The translations under genes and the position numbers were made by a program. The notes under the pieces are model-generated. The model made no database searches. It was given only the letters and a program-made list of their open reading frames with translations, and was not told where the DNA came from. Shown in pieces: positions 27,382 through 36,312 of a stretch of DNA of 64,000 bases. The stretch lies in the NCBI GenBank assembly GCA_041725955.1, contig JBGRQE010000001.1, forward strand, positions 47,890 to 111,889, written 5' to 3'. Source of the DNA: Bacteroidales bacterium (GTDB lineage: Bacteria; Bacteroidota; Bacteroidia; Bacteroidales; JBGRPZ01). Numbering within the stretch: the stretch's first letter is position 1; every line of letters begins with the position of its first letter.

Positions 27382-28224
27382 ATGAAACTTATCCCAATAG
27401 ATGCGGGAAATTTTTGGCTAGATGGCGGTGCTATGTTTGGGGTAGTACCCAAAGTAGTATGGTCTAAGCATTATCCTTCCGATGAGAATAATCTTTGTAA
27501 CTGGGCACTCCGCTCTTTATTAATCGATGAAGGTGATCGCAAGATTCTTATTGATACAGGAATGGGTAATAAGCAAGAGGATGCTTTTTATGATCGCTAT
27601 AAACTTAGTAATAAAAATCAATTGCTTGCTTCCTTGAAACAAAATGGATATGAGCCAACAGAGATAACCGATGTTATTCTTACTCATTTGCATTTTGATC
27701 ATGTTGGAGGTGCGATTACTCAATCAGAAAAAGGTGATTTGGTAACCAGTTTTCCCAATGCAAAATATTGGGTGAGCAAATCTCAGTGGGAATGGGCAAC
27801 ACATCCAAATCCAAGAGAAAAAGCAAGCTTTTTGATGGATAATATTCTTCCTATACAAGAGTGTGGACAATTAAAATTGATTGGCGAGGAATTTCCAATA
27901 TCAGAAAATATATATGCTCGTATTTTTAATGGTCATACTATTGGCCAGATTATCCCATATATAAAGTATAAAGGTAAAACGATTGCCTTTATGGCCGATT
28001 TACTTCCTTCTGTAGCACATATTCCCCTAGCTTGGATTATGTCTTATGATGTTCAACCTTTACAAACTCTTGAAGATCGTAAGCGGTTTTATAAAGAAGC
28101 CATACAGGATGATATGATTATTTTTCTTCAGCACGATTTGTTGCATGAGGCTTGCCGTCTGCAAGAAACTCCAAAGGGAGTAAGAGTGAAAGATACTTTT
28201 ACTCTTCAAGAATTTTTCAAGTAA
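27382..28224 (+). CDS. MBL-fold metallo-hydrolase
   Basis: 280 aa with the HxHxDH motif (THLHFDHVGG). Confidence 0.85.
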   Translation: MKLIPIDAGNFWLDGGAMFGVVPKVVWSKHYPSDENNLCNWALRSLLIDEGDRKILIDTGMGNKQEDAFYDRYKLSNKNQLLASLKQNGYEPTEITDVILTHLHFDHVGGAITQSEKGDLVTSFPNAKYWVSKSQWEWATHPNPREKASFLMDNILPIQECGQLKLIGEEFPISENIYARIFNGHTIGQIIPYIKYKGKTIAFMADLLPSVAHIPLAWIMSYDVQPLQTLEDRKRFYKEAIQDDMIIFLQHDLLHEACRLQETPKGVRVKDTFTLQEFFK

Positions 28225-28238
28225 ATTTTTGAGATTTG

Positions 28239-28271
28239 TATTTCGTGTTTCGAAAACCGGAACACGAAATA
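28239..28271. repeat. TTCG-rich palindromic intergenic element (copy 3)
   Basis: TATTTCGTGTTTCG-AAAAC-CGGAACACGAAATA: 14-bp arms with one mismatch, sharing ATTTCGTGTTTCG with 6488-6520. Confidence 0.8.
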
Positions 28272-28378
28272 TAAACTCTGTAACACAAGGTAGGAAATAA
28301 GAAAAACGAACTTCCAAACACAAGAAACATCAGTAAAATCTACTATCTTAGCAAGGCAATAATAATCAAGTCAGTATT

Positions 28379-31300
28379 ATGCCCAAAATATACACCCAAG
28401 GAATAGGAAAAATTAGTTTTTTGTGTCTTTTTATTTCCCTTTTTATCTTCCCAAGCAAAAATATATTAGGACAATTTTATAATGGGTCTCAAATGACTTT
28501 CGGTAAAAATAGAGTGCAGTATAAGGATTTTATATGGCTGTATTATCGTTTTGATCGTTTGGACACTTATTTTTATCAGGGAGGTGCTGAATTGGCTCAG
28601 TTTACATCGAAAACAGCAAAGGCCGAGCTGCATAATATGGAAAAGCGTTTGGGCTATAAATTGGAAGAAAAGATTCAGTTTTTAGTGTTTAATAATTATT
28701 CCGATTTAAGGCAAACAAATATCGGTCTTCAGGAAAATGAATCGTATAATTATAATACTGGTGGGATTTCTCATATAAAAGGAAATCGGGTTTTATTATA
28801 TTTTGATGGAGACCATAACCACTTAAGAATACAGATTAGAGAAGGTATTGCCGAGATGATCTTCAATCAGATGGTTTATGGAAGTAGTGTTGGTGCTCAG
28901 ATTAAGAATAATGCATTGATATATATTCCAGAATGGTATAAGAAGGGCTTGGTATCTTATTTGGCCGAGAGTTGGAACACTGAGAAAGATAATGAGCTAC
29001 GCGATTTATTCTTACATAATAAAGTAAAAAAATTCAATCAGATATTATCTGAACACACCGCTTTGGCAGGGCATTCAATGTGGTATTTTATCGAACAAAC
29101 GTATGGTATGAATAGCTTAAATGCTTTGGTTCAGATGTCGAGATTAAACCATGGTGTTGAGTTGAGTTTATTATATGCTTTGGGGGTAAATACAAAACAG
29201 TTGTTTCGTGAATGGTATAAGTTTTATGAACGCATATACAGCAGCGAACAATTTGATGCTGTTTCAGGTAAGTTGCTTCCATTAAAGTATAGGAAATACA
29301 GAAAAATCACTGCTATAAATAAGCAGCCTGGAGGGCAGATTATTGCATATGCTACCAATGAATTGGGGCAAAGTTCTTTGTTTTTGTATGATAAGATTAA
29401 GGGCAAAAGTAAAAGATGTTATAAAAAGGGATTTCGTGTTGGTGAGTTTCAAGATTTGAGTTATCCTTTATTGTCATGGCATCCTATGGGGAAAATACTT
29501 GCTTTTATTGTAGAGGAAAAAGGATTGATATTTTTACATTTATATAATCCTGCTACTCGTGAAATAGAAGTTAGGAATATGCATCAATTCACAAAAATCA
29601 GTCAGTTCTCTTTTAATAATAATGGAACACACTTAATATTGGCAGGAGTTCGTAATGGTCAAAGTGATTTGTTTTACTTTAATATTGCTGCCAATTCTTA
29701 TAAGCAATTAACAGATGATATTTATGATGATCTGTATCCTGTGTTTTCCGAACATAACGATTATATTTATTTTAGTTCAAATCGTCCACACGACTCCTTA
29801 TCTCCTTTAATAGAAAATCAAAGACCTCTAAAGAATTTAAATGTATTTGCATATGCTTTTAAGAATAAGCATGATCAATTGATTAATATTAGTAAGACAA
29901 AAAATGGGAATTGTATTTATCCAAAGGTTCGTAAAGACAATTCGTTATTTTATTTAAGTGATGAGTCTGGAATACGAAATGTATACCTAGGTGCTATTGA
30001 CAGTACAATAAATCATGTAGATACAATTGTTCATTATAGATATACTGCAAAGGCTTATCCTATTACGAATTTAACTCAATCTGTAGATTATCTGGATGTA
30101 GATCAGAGAGATCAAGATATGTTTGTTTTGAGTAGGGAAAACGATATGCATAAGGCTTATAAGATTGATTTTACTGCATTGCCAAAAGAGAAAGTAGTTG
30201 TTGAAGAGACTGTTTTCTATAGGCGTAAATTAGAGGTGAGAGATTTACAAAAGAAAAAAAGAAGTAGTTTAAGCCATAATAAAAAGAGAAAGCGATTTTA
30301 TGTTTCTCGCCGTGGAGGCGATGATAAAGAAAGAGAAGTAGGATCAAAAGAATTTGTTGCCCTTGAAAACTCTAAAGATACTACTGCTGTCGATTTAAAT
30401 ATTCCTTTGCCTTCATATGAGGATTTGTTGGACACAATGAGTTTTCCAAAGAAAAGGAATTATTATGTAGAATTTTTTATAAATAAGGTAACTGCCCGCT
30501 TAGATTATTCATATTTAAATACCAATTACCAACCTTATACTGGAGGGAAAAATGATTTCTTTTTTGGCCCGGATGGAGGAGGAAGTTCGTCGAGTAATCC
30601 TATATACTTAAATGGAGGTTATAATGGATTCTTTGAGCTTGGTATATCTGATTTGATGGAAGATCATCGCTTAAGTGGTGGAGTAAAGTTAAGTCCCGAT
30701 TTAGTGAATAACGAGTATATTGCCAGTTATAGTAATTTAAAGAATAGAACGGATTATAAACTTACTTTCCATAGACAGATTTATGAAAATTCAAAAACGG
30801 ATGGTATACAAAGAGTATATTCACATGAAATGATTCTTCAGGCAAGCTATCCTTTTAACGAAGCACTTAGCTGGAAATCTTCACTTGCCTATAGAAATCA
30901 GCACGGTTTATATCTTGCTGTAGATACTTATTCTTTAAGTATGCCCAAAACTACTCAGAATTGGGGGATTTTGCGACAGGAGTTGGTTTTTGACGGAACC
31001 CGGAGTTTAGGGTTGAACTTATATGAAGGAAGCAGATATAAGCTTTTTGGCGAGTATTACCAGCTGTTTGATAAGTTAAATGAAAATCTGTTTGTACTAG
31101 GTTTGGATATCAGGAAATATATTCGAATTCATCGTGATTTTATTTGGGCCAATCGTTTAGCAGCCAGTACTTCTTTTGGCCGAAATAAATTGCTTTATTA
31201 TATGGGAGGAGTAGACAGCTGGTTAACACCAAAGTTTAGTAGCAAGACTCCTGTCGATTATCGTGAAAGATGGGCATTTCAAACATTGGCAACCAATATG

Positions 31301-31690
31301 CGCGGTTTTAAGCAGAATATTAGAAATGGAAATAATTTTGTTGTTTTCAATTCAGAGTTGAGGTTTCCGGTTTTAAAGTATATAATGAATCGTCCGTTAA
31401 GAAGTGATTTATTAAATAATTTCCAAATTGTAGGATTTGGAGATATTGGTACGGCTTGGACAGGTTGGGATCCTTTTTCAAAAGAAAATGCTTTATATAC
31501 CTACTATATTCATAATGGACCAATGCGTATACGTGTAGAAACCGATAAAGATCCATTGGTAGGAGGGTTTGGAACAGGTTTGCGTACACGTTTATTGGGA
31601 TATTTTATTCGTACGGATTTAGCGTGGGGAATTGAAAATGCGGTTGTTCAAGATCCAGTATTCTATGTATCTTTAAGTTTAGATTTCTAG
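28379..31690 (+). CDS. large secreted/outer-membrane protein with PD40 (TolB-like) propeller repeats and a C-terminal beta-barrel-like domain
   Basis: 1103 aa. Signal peptide. PD40-like repeats (SWHPMGKILAFIVEEKG; NGTHLILAGVRNGQSDLFYF; YPVFSEHNDYIYFSSNR). K/R-rich linker (KKKRSSLSHNKKRKRF). C-terminal region of alternating strands ending in ...VSLSLDF. Confidence 0.55.
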   Translation: MPKIYTQGIGKISFLCLFISLFIFPSKNILGQFYNGSQMTFGKNRVQYKDFIWLYYRFDRLDTYFYQGGAELAQFTSKTAKAELHNMEKRLGYKLEEKIQFLVFNNYSDLRQTNIGLQENESYNYNTGGISHIKGNRVLLYFDGDHNHLRIQIREGIAEMIFNQMVYGSSVGAQIKNNALIYIPEWYKKGLVSYLAESWNTEKDNELRDLFLHNKVKKFNQILSEHTALAGHSMWYFIEQTYGMNSLNALVQMSRLNHGVELSLLYALGVNTKQLFREWYKFYERIYSSEQFDAVSGKLLPLKYRKYRKITAINKQPGGQIIAYATNELGQSSLFLYDKIKGKSKRCYKKGFRVGEFQDLSYPLLSWHPMGKILAFIVEEKGLIFLHLYNPATREIEVRNMHQFTKISQFSFNNNGTHLILAGVRNGQSDLFYFNIAANSYKQLTDDIYDDLYPVFSEHNDYIYFSSNRPHDSLSPLIENQRPLKNLNVFAYAFKNKHDQLINISKTKNGNCIYPKVRKDNSLFYLSDESGIRNVYLGAIDSTINHVDTIVHYRYTAKAYPITNLTQSVDYLDVDQRDQDMFVLSRENDMHKAYKIDFTALPKEKVVVEETVFYRRKLEVRDLQKKKRSSLSHNKKRKRFYVSRRGGDDKEREVGSKEFVALENSKDTTAVDLNIPLPSYEDLLDTMSFPKKRNYYVEFFINKVTARLDYSYLNTNYQPYTGGKNDFFFGPDGGGSSSSNPIYLNGGYNGFFELGISDLMEDHRLSGGVKLSPDLVNNEYIASYSNLKNRTDYKLTFHRQIYENSKTDGIQRVYSHEMILQASYPFNEALSWKSSLAYRNQHGLYLAVDTYSLSMPKTTQNWGILRQELVFDGTRSLGLNLYEGSRYKLFGEYYQLFDKLNENLFVLGLDIRKYIRIHRDFIWANRLAASTSFGRNKLLYYMGGVDSWLTPKFSSKTPVDYRERWAFQTLATNMRGFKQNIRNGNNFVVFNSELRFPVLKYIMNRPLRSDLLNNFQIVGFGDIGTAWTGWDPFSKENALYTYYIHNGPMRIRVETDKDPLVGGFGTGLRTRLLGYFIRTDLAWGIENAVVQDPVFYVSLSLDF

Positions 31691-31767
31691 GAAACAATAA
31701 ATTTGTTTAGAATGCTTTCTTCTTTATAGCACAATTAAACTCTAGAACTGACTAAAATATAATCTAT

Positions 31768-32133
31768 ATGAAACTTAAGGAGATTATTATTCTATTACTG
31801 ATTGGTCTTTTTTCAGGTTTTTCTGGGGGACTTTTAGGTATTGGAGGAGGTGTATTTATTATTTTACCACTTATGAGCTTTTTAGGATTAGATCAAAAAA
31901 AAGCTCAGGGAGTGAGTATAGCCGTTTTACTACCACCTACAGGATTTTTGGCAGCTAGAGAATATTTCAAAACTGGTGATTTAGATATTTATTTCGCTAT
32001 TGTAATCGCTATTAGCTTTGTGGTTGGAGGGTATTTTGGATCAAAGTTGGCTTTGAAATTACCCGTTAAAACTCTTAGATTATTATTTGGAATTTTCTTG
32101 ATTATCATTTCTGTAAATATGTTTTTTAAATAG
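31768..32133 (+). CDS. half-size (4-TM) TSUP/TauE-SafE family membrane protein, paralogue A
   Basis: 121 aa. GGLLGIGGG motif and LLPPTGFLAA motif. Clearly paralogous to the next gene. Confidence 0.75.
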   Translation: MKLKEIIILLLIGLFSGFSGGLLGIGGGVFIILPLMSFLGLDQKKAQGVSIAVLLPPTGFLAAREYFKTGDLDIYFAIVIAISFVVGGYFGSKLALKLPVKTLRLLFGIFLIIISVNMFFK

Positions 32134-32224
32134 CTTAATATAAATTTAGCTAAAGGAATGAGAATAATTTTTAACTTCACAGAGGAAGATTGACTATATA
32201 GAATTTTGGCTCTTTGAAAAATAT

Positions 32225-32605
32225 TTGACTATAATGACTTTATCAACTTTAATCATTCTTCTAATCATCGGTATAATTGCAGGAGCGTTTAGTGGTCTTG
32301 TCGGATTAGGTGGTGCATTAATAATTATCCCTGCAATAGTATTCATTTTTGGTACCGAGCAACATATTGCACAAGGTACAGCATTAGCCATTATGCTACC
32401 TCCAGTTGGATTTCTTGCGGCATATAATTATTATAAAAAAGGTCATTTGAATATTTCTTATGCAGCTTTAATTGCACTAGGATTCTTTTTTGGTTCCTAT
32501 TTTGGTGCAAAAGTAGCTTTAGATATTCCATCTGATGTTCTAAGAAAGATATTTGCAGTCGTTTTATTTTTGCTTGCATTGCGTTTTCTTTTTAAAAAGA
32601 AATAG
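32225..32605 (+). CDS. half-size (4-TM) TSUP/TauE-SafE family membrane protein, paralogue B
   Basis: 126 aa from TTG at 32225; the first ATG is at 32234. SGLVGLGGA and MLPPVGFLAA motifs. Confidence 0.75.
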   Translation: MTIMTLSTLIILLIIGIIAGAFSGLVGLGGALIIIPAIVFIFGTEQHIAQGTALAIMLPPVGFLAAYNYYKKGHLNISYAALIALGFFFGSYFGAKVALDIPSDVLRKIFAVVLFLLALRFLFKKK

Positions 32606-32874
32606 TTGCTGAGCGAATCAAAGTTTTCTCAAATAAATCTATTATTATCCAAGAAAAAATAAGAAAATAAAACCTTAAAACTTATTCTCATGTTAAGCTT
32701 TTATTAATCAATTTATTGATGCCTAAAACCTATTGTGTTGTTAATAAGTTTTCATATTTAAATGCAGTTTGTTATTATCTTGCAACCCGAAAAATACAAA
32801 CCCGCTATACGGGTAAATAACTGAAGTCCAGAGTCTTTTTTATAAAAAATAATTATTAAATTACATCTAGCAGC

Positions 32875-35562
32875 ATGGAAAACAAGTCCTATACTGAAAA
32901 GGAGAGAATTGCCTTTAAAGAAAAAGACACTTTGGTTTTTGATAAAGAAACCAAGCTCACACAATCTATATCTAAAGAAAAATCTCCATCAACAAATGGA
33001 AAATCTAATATTATGAATTCCTCAAAAAAGGATGTATCTACACCTCTAAAATCTTATCCTCACGAACAAGTATTAAAAGCTGCTACAGAATACTTCAAAG
33101 GAGATGCCCTCGCTGCTAGTGTATGGATGAATAAATATGCATTGAAAAATAGCGATGGTGAAATTTTTGAATTGACTCCTGATGAAATGCATCATCGTCT
33201 TGCTCGTGAAGTTGCACGAATTGAAAAGAATTATCCTAACCCTATCTCAGAAGAAAAGCTTTTCAGTCTATTTAAAGAATTTAAGTATATAGTTCCTCAA
33301 GGAAGCCCTATGGCAGGTATAGGAAATAATTTCCAGGTATCTTCTCTATCTAACTGTTTTGTGATTGGAACAGATGGTGATTCTGATTCTTATGGGGGAA
33401 TTATGAAGATTGACCAAGAACAAGTGCAATTGATGAAGAGACGTGGAGGTGTTGGACACGATCTTTCTCATATTCGACCTAAAGGCAGTCCTGTAAAGAA
33501 TTCTGCACTAACATCTACAGGTATTGTGCCTTTTATGGAACGCTACTCTAACTCTACCCGCGAAGTTGCTCAGGACGGTCGTCGTGGAGCTCTTATGTTA
33601 AGTATTTCTGTAAAACATCCCGACTCAGAAGGTTTTGTTGATGCCAAAATGGAGGAAGGGAAAGTAACAGGAGCTAATGTTTCCGTAAGAATCAATGATG
33701 AGTTTATGGAATCAGTTAAAGCTCAGAAAAACTTTGTTCAGCAATATCCTATATCAAGTAAAACCCCAAGTTTTACAAAAGAAATTGATGCTAAGAATTT
33801 ATGGGATAAGATTATCCATAATGCATGGCAGTCTGCAGAACCAGGAATCTTATTCTGGGATACTGTAATTCGTGAATCTATACCTGATTGTTATAAGGAT
33901 TTAGGTTTTGAAACTTTGTCTACCAATCCATGTGGTGAAATTCCGTTGTGTGCATACGATAGTTGTCGTCTGTTGGCTATAAATTTATATAGTTATGTGG
34001 AAAATCCTTTCACTGATAAAGCTACATTCAACTTCAATCTTTTTAAAGAGCATGCTGCTTATGCTCAAAGAATTATGGATGATATCGTAGATCTTGAAGT
34101 AGAAAAGATAAATGCGATTCTTAATAAAATTAATGCAGATCCTGAAGGTTTGGAAACCAAGAGAATTGAAAGAAAACTTTGGGAAGCAATTCGTGAGAAA
34201 TCACTTCAAGGTAGACGAACAGGTATTGGTATCACTGCAGAGGGTGATATGCTTGCCGCATTAAATATTCGTTATGGTTCTGAAGAAGCAATTAAGTTTT
34301 CTACAGAAGTACATAAAACCCTTGCCGTTGAAGCTTATAAATCGTCTGTAAACTTGGCGAAAGATCGTGGTGCTTTTGAAATATTTGATTATAAACGTGA
34401 AGAGAATAATCCTTTTATTCAACGTATCGCAGCTGAAGACCCTTCTTTTATCGAAAATTTGAAGAAGAATGGTCGTAGAAATATCGCAATGTTAACCATC
34501 GCTCCTACAGGAAGTGTGAGTATTTGTACTCAAACAACTTCAGGTATTGAACCTGTTTTTATGGTTTCTTATAAACGTAGAAAAAAGGTTAATCCAAACG
34601 ATCAGAATGTTAATATTACTTTTAAAGATGAGATTGGCGATTGTTGGGAAGAGTATAATGTATTCCATCCTAAGTTTGAGGTATGGTTGAAAGAAAAAGG
34701 TTATGATGTTGATGAAGTAAAGAGCATGGATGATGATAAACTTCAGGAAATCATAGAAAAATCGCCTTATTTTAAAGCTACTTCAAATGATGTAGACTGG
34801 GTAAATAAGGTGAAAATGCAGGGTGACATTCAGAAATGGGTTGACCACTCAATTAGCGTAACGGTAAATGTTCCAAATGATGTAAGTGAAGATATTGTTA
34901 GTAAAATTTACATGACTGCTTGGGAAAGCGGATGTAAAGGAATGACAATTTATCGCGATGGTTCACGATCAGGTGTATTGGTAGCAAAAGATTCAAAGAA
35001 AGAGAATTCTTTTAACGAAACTGAAGCTCCAGCACGTCCGAAGAAAATTGAAGCAGATGTTGTTCGTTTTCAAAATGATTATGATAAATGGATTGCTGTA
35101 ATAGGTACTCTTGATGGAAAACCATATGAAATTTTTACGGGTAAAGCTGAAGGATTCTTCTTGCCAACATGGGTAAATAATGGATGGGTGAAACGTAGTA
35201 AGAATGGTGGCGGAAAAGCTCGTTATGACTTTATCTTTATGGATAAGGATGGTTATAAAGTTACTATCGAAGGGCTATCTCGTTCCTTCAATAAGGAATA
35301 TTGGAATTATGCAAAGTTGATTTCCGGAGTATTGCGTCATGGTATGCCATTGCCGTATGTAATTGATTTGATTGGTAATCTTAACTTTGATAAGGAACAT
35401 ATAAATACTTGGAAGAATGGTGTTGTTCGTGCATTAAAACGCTATATTCCTGATGGAACTGTGGCTGCGCGTAATACATGTAGTGAGTGTAAACAAGATT
35501 CTTTGATTTATCAAGATGGTTGTTTAATCTGCAATAATTGTGGATTCTCAAAATGTGATTAA
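32875..35562 (+). CDS. nrdJ: adenosylcobalamin-dependent (class II) ribonucleotide reductase
   Basis: 895 aa. TNPCGEIPL active-site motif, IAPTGSVS, and a C-terminal Cys cluster (CSECKQDSLIYQDGCLICNNCGFSKC). The first 46 codons are low-complexity K/E/S-rich; an alternative start is ATG at 33013. Confidence 0.9.
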   Translation: MENKSYTEKERIAFKEKDTLVFDKETKLTQSISKEKSPSTNGKSNIMNSSKKDVSTPLKSYPHEQVLKAATEYFKGDALAASVWMNKYALKNSDGEIFELTPDEMHHRLAREVARIEKNYPNPISEEKLFSLFKEFKYIVPQGSPMAGIGNNFQVSSLSNCFVIGTDGDSDSYGGIMKIDQEQVQLMKRRGGVGHDLSHIRPKGSPVKNSALTSTGIVPFMERYSNSTREVAQDGRRGALMLSISVKHPDSEGFVDAKMEEGKVTGANVSVRINDEFMESVKAQKNFVQQYPISSKTPSFTKEIDAKNLWDKIIHNAWQSAEPGILFWDTVIRESIPDCYKDLGFETLSTNPCGEIPLCAYDSCRLLAINLYSYVENPFTDKATFNFNLFKEHAAYAQRIMDDIVDLEVEKINAILNKINADPEGLETKRIERKLWEAIREKSLQGRRTGIGITAEGDMLAALNIRYGSEEAIKFSTEVHKTLAVEAYKSSVNLAKDRGAFEIFDYKREENNPFIQRIAAEDPSFIENLKKNGRRNIAMLTIAPTGSVSICTQTTSGIEPVFMVSYKRRKKVNPNDQNVNITFKDEIGDCWEEYNVFHPKFEVWLKEKGYDVDEVKSMDDDKLQEIIEKSPYFKATSNDVDWVNKVKMQGDIQKWVDHSISVTVNVPNDVSEDIVSKIYMTAWESGCKGMTIYRDGSRSGVLVAKDSKKENSFNETEAPARPKKIEADVVRFQNDYDKWIAVIGTLDGKPYEIFTGKAEGFFLPTWVNNGWVKRSKNGGGKARYDFIFMDKDGYKVTIEGLSRSFNKEYWNYAKLISGVLRHGMPLPYVIDLIGNLNFDKEHINTWKNGVVRALKRYIPDGTVAARNTCSECKQDSLIYQDGCLICNNCGFSKCD

Positions 35563-35606
35563 TTATTAGATTAAGATAGATTTGTACTTAATAGTATAAA
35601 TCAAAG

Positions 35607-35645
35607 AAAAAGAGCAGTTTGATTTTTTCAAACTGCTCTTTTATT
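35607..35645. terminator. bidirectional terminator between nrdJ and the convergent operon
   Basis: AGAGCAGTTTGA-TTTTT-TCAAACTGCTCT, a perfect 12-bp stem flanked by A-run and T-run. Confidence 0.8.
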
Positions 35646-35661
35646 TAGTGCTTTTTTATTT

Positions 35662-36072
35662 TTAACACTTTGGACGTCGATGAACGTCAAAGATCATATT
35701 GTCTCTAAATTCATTGATTTTATTTGCTAGATGGATAAAGATTTTTAAATCATGAGAATTAAAATAGGCTATACATTTTTGATCTTTATTGCACATTGCA
35801 GCAAATTTAAGTTCTATGTCAAGACCATATTTCTTTAGCCATTGCATTGCTGAGGGTTGTTCGTCAATGGCTGCGTCAAGAATTGCAAATTCTACAAATC
35901 CATTTTCTGTTAACCATTTCAGAGCTTCTTCACTTCCCTGAATCGATGATGAAAGGGCAGCCAGTTCGGGGTAGCCATTTTCTAATAACCATTGATGAAT
36001 TTTTTCATTTCCAGTCATTGTTTCTCCAAAAGCCATCCAAATTTTTGTCGGGTAATCAAGTATACTTTTCAT
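35662..36072 (-). CDS. hypothetical protein with four ~25-aa helical repeats
   Basis: 136 aa. Repeats: GNEKIHQWLLENGYPELAALSSSIQ / GSEEALKWLTENGFVEFAILDAAID / EQPSAMQWLKKYGLDIELKFAAMCN / KDQKCIAYFNSHDLKIFIHLANKIN. Overlaps the upstream gene by 17 nt. Confidence 0.5.
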   Translation of the reverse strand: MKSILDYPTKIWMAFGETMTGNEKIHQWLLENGYPELAALSSSIQGSEEALKWLTENGFVEFAILDAAIDEQPSAMQWLKKYGLDIELKFAAMCNKDQKCIAYFNSHDLKIFIHLANKINEFRDNMIFDVHRRPKC

Positions 36073-36301
36073 ATATCAAATCAATATCTTTAGCTAAATT
36101 CCAATCTTTTTCGGTAACTATATTACCGGCATCGTGGGTGTTTAAACTTATACTTACAAAGTTATAGCAATTATTCCAATTGGGATGGTGTTGGTGTTTT
36201 TCGGCAGCAAAAGCTACTTCAGTCATAAAGGCGAAAGCAGCAGAAAAATTGGGGAATTTGAATTCCCTATATAAGCGATTGTTATCGTGGCACCATTTCA
36301 T
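36056..36301 (-). CDS. pterin-4-alpha-carbinolamine dehydratase (PCD/DCoH) family protein
   Basis: 81 aa. FxFxNFxxAFxFM...AEKxxHHPxW pattern (YREFKFPNFSAAFAFMTEVAFAAEKHQHHPNW). Confidence 0.85.
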   Translation of the reverse strand: MKWCHDNNRLYREFKFPNFSAAFAFMTEVAFAAEKHQHHPNWNNCYNFVSISLNTHDAGNIVTEKDWNLAKDIDLIYEKYT

Positions 36302-36312
36302 AATTGTTTCTT

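Noticed and set aside
32606-32874. Cobalamin riboswitch or NrdR boxes upstream of nrdJ
   Set aside because: I found no B12-box-like core (…AGYCMGGAGACCKGCC…), no paired NrdR-type palindromes, and only short AT-rich hairpins. This cannot be excluded without a covariance-model scan.
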